A stretch of 64,000 nt of DNA, taken from contig JAHFKN010000002.1 of assembly GCA_023245355.1 (NCBI GenBank), forward strand, positions 8,460 through 72,459, given 5' to 3'. Shown piece after piece: positions 9,177 to 19,621 of this stretch; the stretch's first letter is position 1, and the number at the start of each line of letters is the position of its first letter. Position numbers and translations under genes: made by a program. The notes beneath the pieces were generated by a model. It saw only the letters and a list, made by a program, of their open reading frames with translations, did not search any database and had not been told where the DNA came from. This stretch comes from Candidatus Gottesmanbacteria bacterium. Its GTDB lineage: Bacteria > Patescibacteriota > Microgenomatia > UBA10105 > UBA927.

Positions 9177-10556
9177 TTACGGCAGCAACGTCAGTTGTTC
9201 TTTACTCGTGTCGGCTACACCTTTTTCCCCGTCTTTCCATATTTTTACCACGCCGAATACCCCGTCATATCCCGGATCAATTGTCAGCTGTCCTTTTCGC
9301 ACTCTATCGATTCCTGCCGCTATACGCTCCCCTGCAACAGCCGCTATTGCCCGGGTATCGGCCTGAAGCAGTATAAAAAACTCATTTCCGACTTCGTCGG
9401 TCAGACGGGTATACGGTGCCTGAACTTTCGGACTGGCGACGGGAGATCCGATCGACTCAGCGATAATTTCAATAAGGGGTACCATCATGACAAACGGCGG
9501 GCGGTCCGGAAACGTATTACTTTTTGTCATACGCACGTTTGCGCTTCCTTTCCCGGCAGAGGCACCGGGTGATAAACGCAAATCCTCTTCTGTCCGGCCG
9601 GATAATTCTCCGACACGCTGCTCAACCCCCTGTGTCAGTGTTTTGCCGCACACAGGACAGGTGGTCCCGTTTTTGGCCGTTTCTTTCGGCCCCCAGCGGA
9701 TGGAGCACGCGCGGTGTCCGGACCAATGATATTTCCCCTCCTCCGGATAAAACTCTATCGTATACGAAATACGTGCTTTCAGCGTCTTTTCGTCTATGCC
9801 AAGACTCCGTGCGGAAATCGCATCATAAATATGCTGATAACTGAGTGTTTCGGCAGGTCCGTCCAATTCAAACACGGTTGCTTCTCTCCCGAGTTTCGGA
9901 CCGGAATGGGCGTCGGAAAACGACACGATGGCGCGTGAATCCAGCTCGGGTATCTGCCAATTCATCGACGGATTACTGGACAGCCCCGTCTCAACGGCAT
10001 AAATACGCGGCGCATACTGGCCAAATGCTTCTTCCAGGCTGGTGAATCCGCTCATGGATCCGAATACGGAAAACCACGGCGTCCACGCATGAGCCGGGAT
10101 AACCAACGCCTTCGGCTCGATCGAAAATACCAGTTCCGCTACATCGATGGACGTGAGTCCGATGATCGGCCGTCCGTCGCTTAATAAATTACATCCGCGC
10201 CTGGTCATTTCGCGGCTTATTTTCCGTGCAGAATCAATCGACGGAACCCATATCAGGGTATGTACCCGTCTCCCTTTCCCGTTCTGGGAATAAATACAGG
10301 AAACCTCCGTTGCAAGCAAAAACAGTGGTAGCGGGTTGTTGTCACTTGCGGACTTGAGACGGAGCAGGCCGTTTCCCGTCTCCTCCAGATCCCGCTCTAT
10401 TTCCCTAAACCACATCGGGTGCGTCCAGTCTCCCGTCGCAACCACACCGATCCCCTTGCGGCGCGCCCACATGGCAATATTGGGCAACGTCATGGCCGGC
10501 GATACGGCACGGGAAAACCGGGAGTGTATCTGAAGATCGGCAATTATTTCGCTCAT
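9177..10556 (-). CDS. PHP-domain nuclease, endonuclease Q family
   Basis: DLQIHSRFS, PAHAW, ETGLSS, SDAHS, GKYH and CPVCG zinc finger, PGYDG. Confidence 0.85.
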   Translation of the reverse strand: MSEIIADLQIHSRFSRAVSPAMTLPNIAMWARRKGIGVVATGDWTHPMWFREIERDLEETGNGLLRLKSASDNNPLPLFLLATEVSCIYSQNGKGRRVHTLIWVPSIDSARKISREMTRRGCNLLSDGRPIIGLTSIDVAELVFSIEPKALVIPAHAWTPWFSVFGSMSGFTSLEEAFGQYAPRIYAVETGLSSNPSMNWQIPELDSRAIVSFSDAHSGPKLGREATVFELDGPAETLSYQHIYDAISARSLGIDEKTLKARISYTIEFYPEEGKYHWSGHRACSIRWGPKETAKNGTTCPVCGKTLTQGVEQRVGELSGRTEEDLRLSPGASAGKGSANVRMTKSNTFPDRPPFVMMVPLIEIIAESIGSPVASPKVQAPYTRLTDEVGNEFFILLQADTRAIAAVAGERIAAGIDRVRKGQLTIDPGYDGVFGVVKIWKDGEKGVADTSKEQLTLLP

Positions 10557-11716
10557 GTATGGTTTTTAACAGTGTGTTTATACAGTGTTTCCAATTCCTT
10601 AAGCACCGTAGGTTTATGATGCAGAAGACTTATGTTTCTGCTTTCACTTCCCATGCGCTTCCGGAGCAGCTCATCTGTTGCTATCTTGTCCAGAGTGGAC
10701 GCAAGCGTTTTTACGTCAAGCGTATCCACCAATACACCGTTTTTTCCGTTCACTAATTCGGGCAATGCTCCGGCGCGCGCGGCAATAAGCGGCAGTCCGC
10801 ATGCTAAGGCCTGAAGTGCAACGATACTCTGCGTCTCGACAGGAGACATGATAACAAATGCGTCGGCCAGTTGGTATAAATCAATAATTGTCTGTTTTTT
10901 CACTTCATCCAACCAGGTGATATTCGTCAGCATGAGCGACTCAGCCAGCGCATGGAGACGCTCCTTTTGCCTCCCTACCCCGGCAATGACCAGATGCATC
11001 GGGGTCACAGCCAGTTTCACGCCACGGAGAATAGTTTCGATATTTTTGTCAGCATCCAGCCTTCCGATGTACAAAAATACGGGTATTTGTTTCGGTAAGC
11101 GGTATGTTGTCCGTAATGACGATGCGGGCCCGTTGCGGGGCACAAACATATCCGTATCCACACCGTTTGATACGGGATGAATGGATTCAGCGCGGCCGAT
11201 AAGCCGGGAAAGGTCATCTGCTGCCGTCCGGGTGGGTACCATAATCGCATCGTACATGGCATAAATAATACGGACGTACAGCTTCATAAACGGAACGCTT
11301 ATCCAGCGGATGTATACCGGCGCTACCTTCTCTACCTGCGTCCAGGAAAAATGCTGCGCTCCGACGACGGGCAGCCGGAATACTTTTGCCAGTATAAGCG
11401 CGGTAACTCCCAGTGATCCCGGCTCCTGGATATGAACGATATCAAATTTCTTGCTCCGAAACACGCGCTGGAGCACGGAAAACCCCAGCGGAAACAGCGT
11501 CATGGATTTGTTTACAAACAGTGCATCACTCACTCCCGGAGTGTAGATAATTTCCAAACCCTGCAACGGAGGCGCCGTGTACTCCCCGAGCGGCTTCGGG
11601 CACACCAGGGTGACGCTATGACCCTGAGAGGCCATAAAACGGACAATGGAATCGGTAGATGAAGCGACACCGCTTACCGTCGGAAGATAGACATCGGAAA
11701 CAAACAGGATGTTCAT
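10553..11716 (-). CDS. Glycosyltransferase family 4
   Basis: YLPTVSGV, GRLDADKN and ETQSIVALQA motifs. Confidence 0.9.
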   Translation of the reverse strand: MNILFVSDVYLPTVSGVASSTDSIVRFMASQGHSVTLVCPKPLGEYTAPPLQGLEIIYTPGVSDALFVNKSMTLFPLGFSVLQRVFRSKKFDIVHIQEPGSLGVTALILAKVFRLPVVGAQHFSWTQVEKVAPVYIRWISVPFMKLYVRIIYAMYDAIMVPTRTAADDLSRLIGRAESIHPVSNGVDTDMFVPRNGPASSLRTTYRLPKQIPVFLYIGRLDADKNIETILRGVKLAVTPMHLVIAGVGRQKERLHALAESLMLTNITWLDEVKKQTIIDLYQLADAFVIMSPVETQSIVALQALACGLPLIAARAGALPELVNGKNGVLVDTLDVKTLASTLDKIATDELLRKRMGSESRNISLLHHKPTVLKELETLYKHTVKNHT

Positions 11717-11746
11717 TGGTATACTTCGAGTATACCCGTTAGGTCC

Positions 11747-12565
11747 TCAGTCAAACAACTCATGCATCAACTCGCGTAATTTCCGCTCATAGGTTTTAAG
11801 CATGGTAGAGCGGATCTTCTTTTTTTTGGCATACATATGTCCTCCCATGATATATCCGGGCATATGTTTAAACGGTCGCTTAAACAGCAGGATCGGCAGC
11901 ATCGAAAGGATATACTGATTCATAATTTTCATCTTGCTCTCTCTCCTGATCCGCCGCATCGACCACACATAAAGTGTCTCACGCGCCATGGATAATATGA
12001 CGCCACGCGCGGCTAGCCGCAACCCTAAGTCTACGTCCTCATTAAATGCGTGCGTTTCATCATACCCGTCAACGGAACGGAACACGTCGGCGCGCACGAC
12101 GGTAAGAGGCCCCGGAGCTGCCGGGCGTTTAAACAATACTGCTGCTTCCCAATATATATTGGTTAATAACGTGAAAATAGCATCATTGACCAGATCCGAA
12201 TCTACTTTTGCCCACGTGCTGAACAACTTCGGCTTGCTCTCCTGTATAAAAATCCGGATTCGCTCCATAAAGTATGGCAGCAGAATACTGTCTGCATCCA
12301 CAAACGCCAACCATTCCCCCTTTGCCGCACGCGCCCCCATATTCCGCTGCAGCGGCAAACTGGGCGTTTTACTGACCAGCACATGAAGCGAGGGAATCTT
12401 TGACACATACTTCTTTGCCAATTCGACCGTGCGGTCTTTCGAAGATCCGTCTACGACGATTACCTCAAAATCCTTTACCTGCTGCACGGCAAGAGAATCC
12501 AGCAGTTTCGGCAAAAATTTCTCTTCATTGAGCGTCGGAATAATTACAGATAAAAACGGTTTCAT
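11747..12565 (-). CDS. Glycosyltransferase family 2
   Basis: SVIIPTLNEE, VDGSSKD, FVDAD and ED motifs; start taken at MKPFLS. Confidence 0.9.
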   Translation of the reverse strand: MKPFLSVIIPTLNEEKFLPKLLDSLAVQQVKDFEVIVVDGSSKDRTVELAKKYVSKIPSLHVLVSKTPSLPLQRNMGARAAKGEWLAFVDADSILLPYFMERIRIFIQESKPKLFSTWAKVDSDLVNDAIFTLLTNIYWEAAVLFKRPAAPGPLTVVRADVFRSVDGYDETHAFNEDVDLGLRLAARGVILSMARETLYVWSMRRIRRESKMKIMNQYILSMLPILLFKRPFKHMPGYIMGGHMYAKKKKIRSTMLKTYERKLRELMHELFD

Positions 12566-12644
12566 ACGGATGTCCCGGGCAGGCCCGGATTCCACTTCCC
12601 GGATTATACGAAGAAAGCCGGTATGGAGCAACTCTGCCGGCTGG

Positions 12645-14372
12645 CTATTTCTTGGTGTGGCTCATCTGATTTTCAAACATCCGGGTCAATTCGGAAACGG
12701 TTGTCGCGTCAGCCGGCCGCTTGTCTTTCCGTATGCGTACCAACCTCGGAAACCGGACTGCATAGCCGGCTCCGTGCGTCGGAGACTTTGTCAGGTCATC
12801 ACCGGCCAATTCGACCACAATCAGAGGACGTGTCCAGACGTCAGGAATAAGCGTTTTATGCACAGCATCGTACTCCTTGGGCACGCCCCTCACCTCTATA
12901 GCATGCAGCTGCTTTTGCAGTGTTTTCCACAACGCGTCGGTAACTCCCGTACCTATCTTGGTAACCGTCTCGAACTGTTCCCCTTTCCTCACTCCGACCA
13001 GAAGCGCACCGATCCCGAAACCGGTACGCTTTCCCTCCCCTAAGTAATATCCCATAACCACTGCGTCAATCGTGTCCGTAAGCTTTCCATCTTTCCCTTC
13101 CTCTTCTTTGAATTTCACCCAGCTGTATCCCCTTCTTCCCGGTTCATACAGGCTGTTCCATTTTTTGACAACAACACCCTCCAGTCCCACCCGCAGCTGT
13201 TCATCATGGTACCGTCTCAACTCGTCGGCTTTATCGGTTACTATCTGCGGGGAAATGGAAAGGAGCCGGCCGGGCTTCACCGTGTGTTCCAGTATGCTGC
13301 GGCGCTCTGAAAGAGGAGTAGATAGAAAATCCTTCCCGTCTTTGTAGAGGATGTCAAAAACAAAAAAGCGTAAAGGAACGCTTTTTCTCGCTTCATCGAT
13401 ATCGTGTTTCCGCTTCCGTGTTGATGTTTCCTGAAACGACGAAATCTTGCCCGTGACAGGATCCAGGCCAACTGCTTCACAGTCTAATATCGCCTCCCGC
13501 GCATCCACCTCTTTTCCGATTTCCGATAATTCAGGAAACATATCCGTTGTCGGCTCTAAATTCCGTGAATACGTGCTGATTTTTACTCCTCCGTTTCGCG
13601 CACGGATCACATGAATTTGCACCCGTACACCGTCATATTTGGGTTCCACGGCGACATTTCCCATCTTTTTAATCATTTCTGCGGCATTGGGAAGACGCTG
13701 ACAAAGTTCAGCCAGTACGGGCGAACCGACGCGTGCACGTACGTGAGAGAGTCCCGCAATCCCTTCTTTTTTTACGGTTTCAGAAATGTACCCTATGTCC
13801 GGCCGGACGTTGTATGCATCCTCAAGCCTGCTGCGCAGAGACTTGTCGCCTGCCAGCATCCAGGAAAGACTGTCGAGTATAGTCATTTCGGAAAACCCGA
13901 GACGGAGCTTGTCGAGCGGTATGCGGACGATATAGCATGCAGCCGTAGCATCGACGCGTTTTAACATATCAGCAAGCAACTGAATCTTTTTCTCCTGTGA
14001 TCCGGTACCATTGGTTTCGGCAATGGCTCTCAATTGTATGTAGGCATCCGTTACTTCCAGTTTCTCCGTTTTTCCCGTATGCAACGCCGAGGCGGTTTTT
14101 CCTAAATCCCCGTGTTCCTTAAATGTTTTGAGGACAACGCTTTGATCTGCTCCGTACGCCAATGCAATGGCCCGGATCATAAATTTATCTGCCATTCCGA
14201 ATTCCGTTTCCTCGTACAGCGGTGCTACCCTCCCCTGAAGCAAATAGCATAATTTACCGATTTCATCTGCCGAGGCACGCCGGAACAAGTCTGCCAGCAA
14301 CTCGGTGATGGTATTCCTGGAGCTGGTTTCGTCTAACTTCTGAAGATAAACCGCAAGCTGGGAGAATAACAT
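12645..14372 (-). CDS. lig: ATP-dependent DNA ligase, archaeal/eukaryal type
   Basis: N-terminal DNA-binding domain, EPKYDG, EGVVVK, WVKFK and RFPR motifs. Confidence 0.95.
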   Translation of the reverse strand: MLFSQLAVYLQKLDETSSRNTITELLADLFRRASADEIGKLCYLLQGRVAPLYEETEFGMADKFMIRAIALAYGADQSVVLKTFKEHGDLGKTASALHTGKTEKLEVTDAYIQLRAIAETNGTGSQEKKIQLLADMLKRVDATAACYIVRIPLDKLRLGFSEMTILDSLSWMLAGDKSLRSRLEDAYNVRPDIGYISETVKKEGIAGLSHVRARVGSPVLAELCQRLPNAAEMIKKMGNVAVEPKYDGVRVQIHVIRARNGGVKISTYSRNLEPTTDMFPELSEIGKEVDAREAILDCEAVGLDPVTGKISSFQETSTRKRKHDIDEARKSVPLRFFVFDILYKDGKDFLSTPLSERRSILEHTVKPGRLLSISPQIVTDKADELRRYHDEQLRVGLEGVVVKKWNSLYEPGRRGYSWVKFKEEEGKDGKLTDTIDAVVMGYYLGEGKRTGFGIGALLVGVRKGEQFETVTKIGTGVTDALWKTLQKQLHAIEVRGVPKEYDAVHKTLIPDVWTRPLIVVELAGDDLTKSPTHGAGYAVRFPRLVRIRKDKRPADATTVSELTRMFENQMSHTKK

Positions 14373-14380
14373 TTCGACAA

Positions 14381-14440
14381 GTATCAGGTATCAGGTTCCC
14401 GGTGTCAAGAAAATAGTTCCTGACACATGACACTCGACAC
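14381..14440. repeat. Intergenic hairpin made of imperfect 7-mer repeats
   Basis: gtatcag gtatcag gttcccg gtgtcaa followed by inverted ctgacac atgacac tcgacac. Confidence 0.5.
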
Positions 14441-14442
14441 AA

Positions 14443-14628
14443 TCAACGGATAAAAAACCAATATGCACCTGCGATAAGCACCAGTAAAAATATTCCCAAT
14501 CCTATGGCGACAGGGCCGTCTTTTTCTTCTTTAAGCATTTTGCTGATCCCCTGCCCCACGACGGTAAGAGCGAAAAACGTCGGGATAATCATCATTGAGT
14601 ACGTAATTGCGGGACTCGATAAATCCAT
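14443..14628 (-). CDS. Small two-TM membrane protein
   Basis: 61-aa ORF with two hydrophobic helices filling the gap between fic and lig. Confidence 0.6.
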   Translation of the reverse strand: MDLSSPAITYSMMIIPTFFALTVVGQGISKMLKEEKDGPVAIGLGIFLLVLIAGAYWFFIR

Positions 14629-14645
14629 ATGTTGCTTCCGGCCGT

Positions 14646-15689
14646 TTATGTCCTGAGGACATACTTCGCGCCTTTTGTAGACCCCTCTTTTTTGACTATA
14701 CCTTTTTTCAGTAAGTCCTTCAATTCACGCAGTACGGTATCCTCCGACACCTGTGGGAATAACTCAAAAAACGCCTTGTTCTGTAAAAATCCCTGCTCCT
14801 GAATAAATTCCATAATCTTGATTTGCCGTTCCGTAAGGGACAACTGCTGACCCCCCAAGGATTTCTTGATTTTAAGATCCGTTGAAAGCGACTTCACCTT
14901 ATCTTTTATGCGGGTCAGTTCAATCGCCAGCCCCTCCGTAAAATATTCCAGCCATGCATTGAGATTTCCCTGACTCTTCCCGACACTCTGCAGCGCATCA
15001 TAATAATTCATCGGTTCCCGGTCATAATACTCCTCAAGGGAGAAAAACCGCTTGATATCGTACCCCTCGCTGAACAATATGAGGGTGGCTACCGCGCGGG
15101 CTACCCTCCCGTTTCCGTCAAGGAACGGATGGATGCGCACGAGCTCATAATGGACCATACCTGCCTTTAACGCAGGGTGGAGGTCGTCAGAACCCACGCT
15201 GTTGACCCAATCGACAAAATCAGCCAGAAGAAACGGCACTTCGACTGCGGGCGGCGGGCGGAACGTCACCTCACCGGTCTGGGCATTTTTCACGACAACC
15301 TGGGTTTTTCTGTATTCGCCTACCTGCCCGTCTGCCAGCATCCGGTGAGCGACCAGTGCATGCAGATGTTTTATGACTTCTTCGGAAATGTTTTTCCCCT
15401 GAAAGTCGCCGATAAACTTTAGAACGTTCCGATAATTCAATACCTCCTGAATATCGCGTTCCCTTCCTACGATAGTATGCCCGGCCAGCACTTTTTCGGC
15501 CTCGGTTTTAGACAGGTCATTCCCCTCTATATGCGTTCCGTGGTGCACGGTGCGCACCAGCGCTTCTTCCCGGAATTTTGCCTCCCATGCGGGAACAAGC
15601 GGACTGTTTTCAATCACTTCTTTGGCCGCTTCGATAATGCCGATCGTTTTGAGGATTTTATTGGTGATCGTAAATTGAGGCTGGTACAT
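14646..15689 (-). CDS. Fic family protein with C-terminal HTH
   Basis: HPFLDGNGRVAR catalytic motif, GTHIEGN inhibitory-type motif; start taken at MYQPQF. Confidence 0.92.
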   Translation of the reverse strand: MYQPQFTITNKILKTIGIIEAAKEVIENSPLVPAWEAKFREEALVRTVHHGTHIEGNDLSKTEAEKVLAGHTIVGRERDIQEVLNYRNVLKFIGDFQGKNISEEVIKHLHALVAHRMLADGQVGEYRKTQVVVKNAQTGEVTFRPPPAVEVPFLLADFVDWVNSVGSDDLHPALKAGMVHYELVRIHPFLDGNGRVARAVATLILFSEGYDIKRFFSLEEYYDREPMNYYDALQSVGKSQGNLNAWLEYFTEGLAIELTRIKDKVKSLSTDLKIKKSLGGQQLSLTERQIKIMEFIQEQGFLQNKAFFELFPQVSEDTVLRELKDLLKKGIVKKEGSTKGAKYVLRT

Positions 15690-15773
15690 AATCAGATTAT
15701 TTCCCGCACTATTCCTGTATAATACCCGCATTCATATACCATTGCAACAGTAAAACCGGGAAAGTATCCCGTA

Positions 15774-16637
15774 TTACGGGTAAAACAGCCGGCGCAGTGT
15801 TTTGGGTATCTGGGAAGCCAGATCGGATGCGTTGTAGAAAGGGCCGACCGCGGCATACAGATCATCACCTGCAGTTTTATTTATCAGGCTTCCGGCAATT
15901 ACTGCGAGCATCGGATCGTTTTTACAGGCCAGTGCTGCGATAAGACCGGCCAGAACATCCCCGGTCCCCCCTTTCGTCATTCCTTCGTTTCCTCCGTCGA
16001 TTTGCCGGAGTTCACCCGGCATACATACGCGCGCATCACAATCCCCGCCGGAGCTGGCAATATCAACCTGCCCCTTTAACAGGACGACACAGTGATATTG
16101 TTTGGCAAATAGCTTCACACGATCCTCATCCAGCGTTGCCTCTGAAAATCCGGGGTTCAGTACAAGCGCTTTTTCCCATAGCCCGGCAAACTCAAAATGA
16201 TGCGGGGTAAGCACCGCGTTCCTGGGAATATCGGTAAGCCGGAGCATCTGAAGCGCTCCTGCGTCTATAACCCATTGTTTATGAGGATATGTCACAAGCA
16301 GCTTATGCGTAAGTTCATCGGTTTCAGCATCCCGCGTCATACCGGGACCGATCAGGATACAATCATCTTCGGTAATATACGCATCAATCTCGCTTCGGGG
16401 AACGACGATGCCGTTGCGGAACTGTTTTTTGGCCTGCAGCACCAGATCGTTATTTTCCGGAACGGAAGAATAATGTACGAGGTCAACAATCCGTGAAGCG
16501 ACCTCCAGCGCCCACATACTGGCGGCATGAAAAAGATGGCTCCCCCCGACAATAAGCAGTCTGCCGTTCTGCCCTTTGTGCGAGCCTGGTTTCGCAATGA
16601 ATAGCGTGTGTAAATCCTGGCGGGTAACGTGTTTCAT
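15774..16637 (-). CDS. nnrD: NAD(P)HX dehydratase (YjeF C-terminal/NnrD)
   Basis: SHKGQNG, IGPG, DAGA, TPH and GGTGDVLAG motifs. Confidence 0.88.
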   Translation of the reverse strand: MKHVTRQDLHTLFIAKPGSHKGQNGRLLIVGGSHLFHAASMWALEVASRIVDLVHYSSVPENNDLVLQAKKQFRNGIVVPRSEIDAYITEDDCILIGPGMTRDAETDELTHKLLVTYPHKQWVIDAGALQMLRLTDIPRNAVLTPHHFEFAGLWEKALVLNPGFSEATLDEDRVKLFAKQYHCVVLLKGQVDIASSGGDCDARVCMPGELRQIDGGNEGMTKGGTGDVLAGLIAALACKNDPMLAVIAGSLINKTAGDDLYAAVGPFYNASDLASQIPKTLRRLFYP

Positions 16638-16645
16638 AGTAGCTA

Positions 16646-17710
16646 TTATAATCGAACAATCGCAGCCTCACTCTGTATTTCCTGCGGCAGAGAGGTAAAA
16701 TCTGCGCTCGTAATAATCGTTTGTTGTTTTTTGGTAAGCTCGCCTACCAGCGCCCGGTGTTTTTCATCCAGCTCGGAAAAAATATCATCCAGAAGCAGAA
16801 TGGGCCTGGACCCGGTTGTCTGCTCGATAAACGAAAGTTCTGCCAATTTAAGCCATAATACGGCAAGTCGCTGTTCTCCTCTGCTTCCGAATTTATTTAA
16901 ATCCCTAAAGCTGTCACTCTCCGCTATGTGCGCATGTTCTTCCAAACTTAACATGTGAAAATCATCCCGATGAGGTCCCACAAGCGTTGATTTTGCCGCG
17001 ACCTCTTCTTCTTTGTATTGTAACAGCCTCGCTTCGGAAATCACGCTTTTATCGTATGCGATAAGAAACCGGTGGTTATACAGATCCGTCGCATTTACAA
17101 ACGCTATGTACGCTGCCCGCTTCTCAGTGATATAGGTTCCGGCCCGTATAAGGAGTTGATCCCAAAACAGTAGCTGTGAACGCGAAGCCGTACCTTCATT
17201 AATAAGATCAAGCAGTTTGTTTCGTTGTCTTACCCCGCGCTCATAGGATACGAGGTTTCGCCGGTACTCACGGTCTGCCTGCATAAGGACGGTATCCAGG
17301 TATTTCCGGCGTATACTCGGACTGTCGGTTACGATTTCCAGATCTTCCGGCCAAAACAACACGGCTCTCAACAATCCCACAAAATCGATCATGCGGCGCG
17401 ACACGCCGTTTACCAGATACTTTTTAAGCGGTGCGGGCTGTCCGGAGATTACCCCCGTCGTCAGCATGATTTCAATTTTTTCTCCGTCAAACCGGCCGTG
17501 TATACGCGCGATATCTCCTCCCCATTGGATCACCTCACGGTCTAATCCTGCGCGGAAACTTTTTCCGGTTGCCAGCATCATGATTGCTTCCAGCACATTC
17601 GTTTTTCCGATTGCGTTCGGTCCTACAATGCACGTAGTGCCCTCAGAAAAATTCCAGGTTTTTTTCGCGTAGCTGCGGAAGTTTACCAATGCGAGCGACG
17701 TTAACGTCAT
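16646..17710 (-). CDS. recF: DNA replication/repair protein RecF
   Basis: NFRSY, GPNAIGKTN, GPHRDD, SRGEQR and LLLDDIFSELD. Confidence 0.96.
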   Translation of the reverse strand: MTLTSLALVNFRSYAKKTWNFSEGTTCIVGPNAIGKTNVLEAIMMLATGKSFRAGLDREVIQWGGDIARIHGRFDGEKIEIMLTTGVISGQPAPLKKYLVNGVSRRMIDFVGLLRAVLFWPEDLEIVTDSPSIRRKYLDTVLMQADREYRRNLVSYERGVRQRNKLLDLINEGTASRSQLLFWDQLLIRAGTYITEKRAAYIAFVNATDLYNHRFLIAYDKSVISEARLLQYKEEEVAAKSTLVGPHRDDFHMLSLEEHAHIAESDSFRDLNKFGSRGEQRLAVLWLKLAELSFIEQTTGSRPILLLDDIFSELDEKHRALVGELTKKQQTIITSADFTSLPQEIQSEAAIVRL

Positions 17711-17716
17711 GTGGAT

Positions 17717-18418
17717 TTACGTGATGGTCGTTCCGACAAACGGCTTACCATCCAGCGCGAGTTCGAGATTTTCTAAATTCTTTCCGTTTACAATCTTTAC
17801 CGTTACATCCAGATCCTGGGCGAGCTTACTGGCAATCGGATCAAACGGCGCATTCATTCCGGGTTTCCATGTGTCCCCCACCATATTCCTGTATTCCTCC
17901 CAGGAAATATTCGTAATCGCTTTAGCATCATTGAATTTATTGGGGTCCTTGTCGTATACCTGGTCGACGTTAGTCATATTCACAACCTGCTTAAGTCCGT
18001 AATCCTGACACACCGTAACGGCGCAATAATCCGTACTCCACCCCGGTTTCCATCCCGCGGCAATCGCAACGGGTGACTGAATCTTTAAAATAATTTCGTA
18101 GTGCTTGATCACCCTCGGATCAGCCAGATCCTGAAATATTGCGCGCATAAGCTGTGCATTCAGGCGGGTCGCATGAACCCCAAGCCAATCGGCATCCGTA
18201 TCGCTCAGGTCATGTTTGCGCACAACACGAGCCGCCTTTTGATAATCCCGGGTAATTGCTCCCCCTCCCACTGTTATAAAAAATCTCCTGTTTCGTGAGG
18301 AGACTTGACGGCGGATAAACTCATGAAATTCGGTAAGAAATACGGTATCGATACCGCCATGAGGGATAATAAGGGATCCGCCTAACGAAAGAACGAAGAC
18401 TTCTGGATCTTGTGCCAT
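17717..18418 (-). CDS. pyrH: UMP kinase, archaeal type
   Basis: SLGGS, VGGG, GWKPGWSTD and VYDKDP motifs; start taken at MAQDPE. Confidence 0.9.
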   Translation of the reverse strand: MAQDPEVFVLSLGGSLIIPHGGIDTVFLTEFHEFIRRQVSSRNRRFFITVGGGAITRDYQKAARVVRKHDLSDTDADWLGVHATRLNAQLMRAIFQDLADPRVIKHYEIILKIQSPVAIAAGWKPGWSTDYCAVTVCQDYGLKQVVNMTNVDQVYDKDPNKFNDAKAITNISWEEYRNMVGDTWKPGMNAPFDPIASKLAQDLDVTVKIVNGKNLENLELALDGKPFVGTTIT

Positions 18419-18512
18419 CAATATGCTCCTTGTAAATTTCAGCTTGCCGGTGATTTTTATCCTATCACACACTTATACATTCTCAAAGCGGCCCGTCACG
18501 GACTCTTCCGCC

Positions 18513-19616
18513 TTAGCGCGTGTGCTTTTCGATAAATTCCAGCAATGCTTTTTTAAAATGTTCGGCGGAAAATGACCGCGCGCGCGCTTTGCTTGCTTCA
18601 AACCAATCAACGCGCATCCGTTCAAACCGGGCGATAGCCGAAACAAGCGACGGGACATCCGAATCGGTAAAAAATACGCCGGTTTGCCCGTCTACCACGG
18701 TTTCTTTCACTCCCCCCTGATACAACGCGATGACAGGCGTCCCGTGCGCCATGGATTCAATCGGGACCATGCCGAAATCCTCATCCAATGCGGAAAATAT
18801 TGTCGCTTTAGCATTCGCGTATAAACGCGAAAGCTCTTGATCGGACACCGATCCCAGAAATTCTACGGTGGGACCTGCCAGCGCACGTAAATGTTGTTCC
18901 TCAGGACCCGTACCGACTATTTTCAGCGGGAACTTGCGCATATTGGCCGCTTTTACGACAAGATCCGTTTGTTTGGCCCACACTAATCTTCCCACGGAAA
19001 GATAGTACTCTTTCCGTGCATGAGGCCGGATCTGCTGCTCACGTACGGAAGCTATCGGAGGATAAATGACGACGGATTCCCTGCGATAAAACTTTTCGAC
19101 TCTCCGCTTCGTTTCATTTGAATTCGCAATAAAATAATCGACGTGCTGCGCTGTTTTATAGTCGTACTGCCGCATAAAAAAATTAATGAGGGTTGCGTAC
19201 GCGCGGACGAGGGCATATTTTTGAAATGTCCGGCCGGTCGGATATCCGTAAAGATTTCTCGGCGGATGATGGATATAACAAATATGAACGGCCGGTTTAC
19301 GCACCTTTACTCCCCTGCAGATAAACCATCCGCTACTGGAGATGACAACGTCATACCCTGACAGATCAAAACTTTCCCACACCTGGGGAGCCAGAAACCG
19401 AAGCGGTGAATGCAGTGCTTTTACGAGAGGATTTTTTTGTACCCAGCTGGTGCGGATATCCCACCCGCGGAACCGCTCAGCATGCGCTCCCAGCGATTTC
19501 CAGTCCACAAACGAGGTGTAAAGCGGAGCGGCCGGCCAGAGGTCGTGTAGGGCCTCTACAACGCGTTCTGCGCCGCCGTACTCCCGTAGATAGTCATGAA
19601 CAAGGGCGATCTTCAT
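18513..19616 (-). CDS. Glycosyltransferase family 4
   Basis: HDYL..GGAERV and EDFGMVPIESMA motifs. Confidence 0.92.
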   Translation of the reverse strand: MKIALVHDYLREYGGAERVVEALHDLWPAAPLYTSFVDWKSLGAHAERFRGWDIRTSWVQKNPLVKALHSPLRFLAPQVWESFDLSGYDVVISSSGWFICRGVKVRKPAVHICYIHHPPRNLYGYPTGRTFQKYALVRAYATLINFFMRQYDYKTAQHVDYFIANSNETKRRVEKFYRRESVVIYPPIASVREQQIRPHARKEYYLSVGRLVWAKQTDLVVKAANMRKFPLKIVGTGPEEQHLRALAGPTVEFLGSVSDQELSRLYANAKATIFSALDEDFGMVPIESMAHGTPVIALYQGGVKETVVDGQTGVFFTDSDVPSLVSAIARFERMRVDWFEASKARARSFSAEHFKKALLEFIEKHTR

Positions 19617-19621
19617 TGTAG

